DNA of 64,000 nt from Candidatus Helarchaeota archaeon (GTDB lineage Archaea > Asgardarchaeota > Lokiarchaeia > Helarchaeales > RDOG01), in contig JAHPZH010000004.1 in assembly GCA_019058315.1 (NCBI GenBank), forward strand, positions 320,001 through 384,000, written 5' to 3'. Numbering within the stretch: the first letter of the stretch is position 1; every line of letters begins with the position of its first letter. Made by a program: the position numbers and the translations under genes. The notes beneath the pieces were generated by a model. The model was given only the letters and a program-made list of their open reading frames with translations, ran no database searches and was not told where the DNA came from. This document shows positions 58,901 through 64,000 of this stretch, in pieces.

Positions 58901-60049
58901 ATGGGTAAGGATTTAATGATAAGATATATAGTTGAAATATTAGTTCATGTAGTTATAATATTCTATTTAATCTCTTTATTACGAGTAATTATAGAATATT
59001 TAAAAAATAGAACAAACATTAATCAAACATTTGTAATAATGTTCTCAAGTATCGGATATGGAGTATTATACGATTGTATTCGAATTCTAAACTTTCTTGT
59101 TTCTGGTTATTTTAATGTATATTTCGATAAAATCAGCTTTCTTTTTAAGTTACCTACAGTTCTTATAGCGTATTCTTTTTTAGCACGAATATTGTTTAAA
59201 TTTATGGAAGTAAGCGGTTATAACATAAAAAAATATATTCCTATTAGGATATTTTTCCTTGGAATGTTCATTATATTATCATTTTTAAATTTATTTACAT
59301 ATTATCAATCTTATTTTTATGATCTATTTGGATTTTATATGTATATGGTTAATCCAATACTTCGCATTATTATATATTTCTTGTATACTCCTTTTTTTCT
59401 AATTTTAGGAATTAAGGGTATGAAGCTCTTATCCGAAATAGAAAATAAGGTTATAAAAAGGAGAATAACTTGTATGTTCACCTTTTTTGGAATTCTAATC
59501 ATGGGACGATTATACAATTTGGGATATTTTTCTCCATTCTCTAATTATATGTCCACATACATAATAGACTTTTTAATAATATCAATAAGCTTATTTTGCC
59601 TGTGTAGTTTTGCTATTAAATACCCTGAACTGCTTCAATTAATTAGTACATATTTTTCTGTAAAATCTGTTTATATAATTCAAAAAAATGGCACTTTAAT
59701 ATTTGATCATGATTTTAAGGAAGAAATTTCTCAGCACCCAATCTCTCCAAAACAAATCCTATTAGGAGGATTTATTTATGCAGTTAACAAGGGCTTAAAA
59801 TCATTTTTTGATCTAACAGGAGAAATTAATGTTATAAATTTTGGAAAATTAATTGCTTTAATTAAACATGGCAAATATATATTCGTTATATTGTCCGCTT
59901 CAGAAAATACTCCTACAATACAACAAAAATTAAACTTATTAATTGAAAAATTTGAGACATTATATGAATATGAACTTGAAAACTGGACAGGACCTTCCAT
60001 ATTTAAATCTGAAGATGTTAAAAAATTGATTTATGAGAGTTTCAGATAG
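58901..60049 (+). CDS. 7-TM + C-terminal longin-domain protein 2 (tandem paralogue)
   Basis: Same architecture: VKSVYIIQKNGTLIFDHDF...LLGGFIYAV...LIEKFETLY...NWTG. Confidence 0.8.
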   Translation: MGKDLMIRYIVEILVHVVIIFYLISLLRVIIEYLKNRTNINQTFVIMFSSIGYGVLYDCIRILNFLVSGYFNVYFDKISFLFKLPTVLIAYSFLARILFKFMEVSGYNIKKYIPIRIFFLGMFIILSFLNLFTYYQSYFYDLFGFYMYMVNPILRIIIYFLYTPFFLILGIKGMKLLSEIENKVIKRRITCMFTFFGILIMGRLYNLGYFSPFSNYMSTYIIDFLIISISLFCLCSFAIKYPELLQLISTYFSVKSVYIIQKNGTLIFDHDFKEEISQHPISPKQILLGGFIYAVNKGLKSFFDLTGEINVINFGKLIALIKHGKYIFVILSASENTPTIQQKLNLLIEKFETLYEYELENWTGPSIFKSEDVKKLIYESFR

Positions 60050-60161
60050 AATCACCTCAAAATTTTAAGAAAATCCAAGCAGAATGTTCTATTTAAAAAG
60101 GTTTTGTTTTTTTGGAATTACAAAACATTTATAAATAAAATCAAGAACCCTCTTCCTTTTC

Positions 60162-62117
60162 ATGCCTAAAACAAATTATATAATTTGCACACATAACGAC
60201 TTAGATGGGTTCTGTTGTGGTGCAATTTTATTAAATGAATTTCCCTATGCTACAATTTCCTTTGGAACTTCAAAATCTATACATAGAAAGATGTATTATA
60301 TTAGGAAATATTTGAGTGATAACTCAAAAAATTATCTATTTATTTGTGATATCAGTCCTAAAGCTGGTAATATCAGTAAAATCAATAAAATCATATCAGA
60401 TTTTAAAACAAATTTTAATTTGCAGGTCATTTGGTTTGATCATCATCAATGGCCAAATAATGCTAAAATTTTGAAAGGTATAGAAATAATCCATGATGAT
60501 AAGAAAAAATCTGCTGCCAATCTGGTTCAAAAATATGTGGATCAAACTACATTTAGCTATTTTTCAAAATTAGCTGAGTGGTTACCTGTAGAAGATGCAG
60601 AATATTGGAAGACAGTTATTCGAAATGCGGGTAAAATTCCGCTGTCTGATGAAAGGTTGAAAAGACTTCTTCATTATTTTAGTAAATTAAAGCAGTCGGA
60701 GCTTACAGAAGAATTCTATAAAAGTTCACAAAAGCTAACATCTAAAGAACTAGATAGCATTAGCTTGTTTGATACCATTGACGGCAAAAGATTCGCAATT
60801 CTTGATTTACGTAAAATATTTCATGATATTGATTATTACGCAGAAAAAAAGCGTATAACAAAAACGTATTCATGTGATTTTGTCTGTATCATTAAAAGAA
60901 AGAACGGAATTTCAATATATAATGAAAATGAAGTGGATCTCTCATTTTTAAAGGAGTTGGGAGTTGAAGGACATGTCAAAACAGGTGCGATTGTCATTCC
61001 AAGACCTTACATCAATTGGCCCAATTCTAAATTTCATCGTCCTTTAATTGAAGAGGAACTTATTGATATACTTATAGAAAAAAAGATAAAGAATTTAGAC
61101 TATGAAGGACAGCAACGCACTTCACATTATCATAAAGATGAAATTACCCAATTAAAAGAATTGCCAAGCATGGATTCAGACTTATTTAATCTACTCAATG
61201 AAAATAATATCAAAAATGTCTCTGATTTATCTAATTGTGAGACTTATTTACTGGAAGACCTTGACATTTCCAAGGATCTGGCTAAATGCTTAATTCGAGA
61301 GGCAGAAGCATCATTGGAAAGAAACCGATCTTGGTCTACTGACGGATTTGGTAGACCAAATTTGAAATTTAAAGAAAATCAAAAATATTTTGATATTTTA
61401 TGGGAATTTAATAAAGGTTGGACCATGACCAGCGGTTGTCAAAGTTTAGATGCATTTTTATTGAGTGATGGATTTAAAACTAAGGATATTTATGAATTCT
61501 ATGGGTTATCTAAAGTAGGTAAGACTTATTTGATACATCAACTTCTCTGCAGAGGCGTCTTGCCTCTTGAGCAGGGAGGTCTCGGAGGTATGGCTATATA
61601 TTTCGATACAGAACATAATTTTAATAAAGATATTATCCGAGCAATAGCACCTAGATTCAATCTAGAACCGGAATATGTTTTTCAAAACATGGCGAGACGT
61701 GAAACTGTTTCTACGAATGACCTGCTTTCGGGAGTTGAAAGAGAACTTCCTAAATTTATAAAAAGATATGAGGTAAGATTAATTATTGTTGATAATCTAA
61801 TTGAACATTTTTTAACCGAATACCCAAATCCAGATAATCCAGAACGTGGAAATAAAATAGCAAGAGTATTTGATACTTTAAAAGCTATTTCGCGTAATTT
61901 TAATGTGGTTGTAATTTATACTAATCATATTGTGAGTCTTCAAACGGATTATCAAAGAATAATGGATATTGAACATACAGGAGGAGTGTTACTTAACCCT
62001 AATGTTCGAATAAAAATCCAATTTGTTTATGATGAAATAGATATAAGGGAATTTTATATCTCAAATGAAAAACCTTGTGTCTTATCTATTTCGAGTGATG
62101 GATTTCATGATGTATGA
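60162..62117 (+). CDS. DHH phosphoesterase fused to HhH + RadA/Rad51-like ATPase
   Basis: THNDLDG, CDIS, FDHH, EGH; GCQSLDAFL, EFYGLSKVGKT, LPLEQGGLGG.AIYFDTE, LIIVDNL. Confidence 0.85.
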   Translation: MPKTNYIICTHNDLDGFCCGAILLNEFPYATISFGTSKSIHRKMYYIRKYLSDNSKNYLFICDISPKAGNISKINKIISDFKTNFNLQVIWFDHHQWPNNAKILKGIEIIHDDKKKSAANLVQKYVDQTTFSYFSKLAEWLPVEDAEYWKTVIRNAGKIPLSDERLKRLLHYFSKLKQSELTEEFYKSSQKLTSKELDSISLFDTIDGKRFAILDLRKIFHDIDYYAEKKRITKTYSCDFVCIIKRKNGISIYNENEVDLSFLKELGVEGHVKTGAIVIPRPYINWPNSKFHRPLIEEELIDILIEKKIKNLDYEGQQRTSHYHKDEITQLKELPSMDSDLFNLLNENNIKNVSDLSNCETYLLEDLDISKDLAKCLIREAEASLERNRSWSTDGFGRPNLKFKENQKYFDILWEFNKGWTMTSGCQSLDAFLLSDGFKTKDIYEFYGLSKVGKTYLIHQLLCRGVLPLEQGGLGGMAIYFDTEHNFNKDIIRAIAPRFNLEPEYVFQNMARRETVSTNDLLSGVERELPKFIKRYEVRLIIVDNLIEHFLTEYPNPDNPERGNKIARVFDTLKAISRNFNVVVIYTNHIVSLQTDYQRIMDIEHTGGVLLNPNVRIKIQFVYDEIDIREFYISNEKPCVLSISSDGFHDV

Positions 62118-62203
62118 ATTAAAAAATAAATTAATAATTTAATTTATTTTCAAACTTAACTTTCCTTATATTAAATTGGAGAGATTCAAGTAGAGATTAA
62201 TAT

Positions 62204-62953
62204 TTAGATTTTATATTCCACCATTTTATCATTTAACTTTTCTTTATATTTTTCTTCATATTCATTTATATCTTTAGAATAAAAATCCTCTATATTTTTA
62301 ATTAAATTATCATAAATTCTTAATATTTCAGTCTGATAATTATCAATTAATTCTCTAATATTAATGTCTAAACCTTTTTCAACAAATTTCTTTGAACTTC
62401 CCTTCCAACCACTCCATTTTTTTAATTCGTCATTTGATAATAATATATATTTAGATATTTCTCCATTATCTTTAACTTTAAGACCAAACGCTATAATGGG
62501 TAACATATAATGTTGAGTATAATCTCTTAATTTTTGAATAAAATGAATTTTTTCGTCGCGTTCCAGTTGTTTAAATTTAGCCTGCCAGAGAGAAGAAAGT
62601 TTAGAATTGTTCAGCTTTTTTAAAAAAACTCTAGTATGACCAATCAGAGATTTAACACTTGCTAAATAATTATGAATTAAACTAATAAACTCATTTTGAA
62701 AATCCGAAACGTGATCTCTAACACCATTCCAGAGACGTACACCAAATCCTTTACCATCATTTACTATTATAATGGTTTTTTTAAATAATTTAATGCCTTC
62801 AATTAATTTATTATAATTAGTTTTTAATATGAATATTGATGAAGTTAAAAATTTTAATAATTTTTTAACTCTCCAACCTTCCATTTCATCCAATTCATTT
62901 CTAATTTTTTCAAGTTGCTCCTGTGTAATATTTTTTGTCAAAATTTTTACCAT
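62204..62953 (-). CDS. Putative HEPN-superfamily protein
   Basis: Helical protein with HNYLASVKSL and IQKLRDYTQH (RxxxxH). Confidence 0.6.
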   Translation of the reverse strand: MVKILTKNITQEQLEKIRNELDEMEGWRVKKLLKFLTSSIFILKTNYNKLIEGIKLFKKTIIIVNDGKGFGVRLWNGVRDHVSDFQNEFISLIHNYLASVKSLIGHTRVFLKKLNNSKLSSLWQAKFKQLERDEKIHFIQKLRDYTQHYMLPIIAFGLKVKDNGEISKYILLSNDELKKWSGWKGSSKKFVEKGLDINIRELIDNYQTEILRIYDNLIKNIEDFYSKDINEYEEKYKEKLNDKMVEYKI

Positions 62954-62955
62954 TT

Positions 62956-64000
62956 TTAATTTTTTAAATCAATTAATCCCTTTGTATTTAAAATCTTTTC
63001 AATAATGTAATTTTTATCAACTCTTTTCTCCGAATGTTTATTATAAAGTAAAAATAAGTCCCACGTAGTCATTAAGCAAATGTTATAATCTACAGCCAGT
63101 TTTATTGCATCTCTTGAAAAAGGGGGATCTCTAAATTCTGGATCTATTTCACGATAATGATTCACGATAAAAAAGCCTTTAATCCTTCCCTTTTTTTCCT
63201 GAATTCTTAAATAATTTAAATATTTTGGGTTGAAATGCTTTGCTTTTGCAAGCTTAGTTAATCCTTTTACTTCTCCTATGCCTACTACTCCATTTAAATC
63301 GAGTGCAATGTCAAATTCTCCCTCTTCTTCCTTCCAGTCGGATTTTATACCCATTTTTTCAAATATTTTAGATATTGATTTAGATAGAGATTTATCATAA
63401 CCATAAAGGATATTTTTTAATTTTCTCTCCTCTTTTAATGAAGCCTTATATTGCTCAATATCTTTGAACAGCTTTAATTCATTTTCCGTTTGATATTTAT
63501 TAATCCAATCAGGGGTATATTGTATAATATCTATTATGGTTCTTGCAAATTTTCCAAAAATCTCACCATCAACATCATATAAATGTGGAAATACAAATAT
63601 TCTTGATTTTTTTAATTTATCACTTTTATTATCTATTGTATGCAAATAATTCTCAGGTTTAATTGCATATGAAATAATAGAACCCACTGTATTTGTTGCT
63701 ATTATTAAATTATCGTTCAATTCTTCTTCTAGTATCCAATTCCAATTAAATTTGCCCTTAATCTTGTCAAAAACTTGTGCTAACTCGTGTTTTTTATTAG
63801 GATTAATGCGAAATCCAGATTGATTAGTGAGATTCTCTTTAACTCGTGGAACTTTAAAAGAAAAGATATTTTGAATAATATTTGGATTGCCTGTTAAGAC
63901 CATAATTCCCCCATTCAAAAAAAAGCCCTTGATTTGATTTTTTATAAGTTCCCAATCCGGTTCTTTACGTCCTCTAATTAAGTTTTTAGAACATTCAATG
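62956..64000 (-). CDS. Protein with C-terminal PD-(D/E)xK nuclease-like domain, 5'-truncated by window edge
   Basis: GEFDIAL...GIGEVKG, FFIVNH; frame stays open from 63918 to the window end (IECSKNLIRGRKEPDW...). Confidence 0.7.
   Translation of the reverse strand, partial: IECSKNLIRGRKEPDWELIKNQIKGFFLNGGIMVLTGNPNIIQNIFSFKVPRVKENLTNQSGFRINPNKKHELAQVFDKIKGKFNWNWILEEELNDNLIIATNTVGSIISYAIKPENYLHTIDNKSDKLKKSRIFVFPHLYDVDGEIFGKFARTIIDIIQYTPDWINKYQTENELKLFKDIEQYKASLKEERKLKNILYGYDKSLSKSISKIFEKMGIKSDWKEEEGEFDIALDLNGVVGIGEVKGLTKLAKAKHFNPKYLNYLRIQEKKGRIKGFFIVNHYREIDPEFRDPPFSRDAIKLAVDYNICLMTTWDLFLLYNKHSEKRVDKNYIIEKILNTKGLIDLKN

Noticed and set aside
963-60000. Short ORF-track entries overlapping longer genes (e.g. 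963..1283, 4114..4365, 18238..18621, 24294..25289, 40794..40976, 41643..42197, 52933..53367)
   Set aside because: Antisense or alternate-frame shadows of well-supported genes, with no recognisable motifs
61100-62117. The cell's main radA gene
   Set aside because: Fused to DHH, divergent, with a shortened C-terminus and no clear FxxA motif; treated as a paralogue

Overview
AT-rich archaeal DNA, most likely from an Asgard archaeon (Loki/Helarchaeia-like). The evidence is archaeal tRNA-splicing endonuclease, HisRS and histone genes beside eukaryotic-signature-type proteins: two tandem Rab-like GTPases, three longin-domain membrane proteins and an AN1-JAMM protein. Bases ~1-9,016 look like the right end of an integrated mobile element or provirus (orphan genes, HhH glycosylase, HEPN protein, tRNA-like 3' remnant). 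The chromosomal part carries: (i) a tandem array of four stand-alone 7-TM proteins plus a fifth paralogue, lying between two paralogues of an unknown conserved ~385-aa soluble protein; (ii) two 7TM-longin fusions; (iii) two GDGT ring-synthase (Grs/Gms)-like radical SAM enzymes with related Fe-S proteins; (iv) a thiolase / catalytically degenerate HMG-CoA-synthase / DUF35 operon resembling PhlABC; (v) a DHH-RadA fusion beside HEPN and PD-(D/E)xK genes. It also holds acyl-CoA dehydrogenases, surface and repeat proteins, and two unannotated Cys-rich microproteins followed by a GC-rich hairpin. The best candidate for a new system is a GPCR-like 7TM receptor / 7TM-longin / Rab-like GTPase signalling module. 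All calls come from reading motifs by eye; no searches were run.
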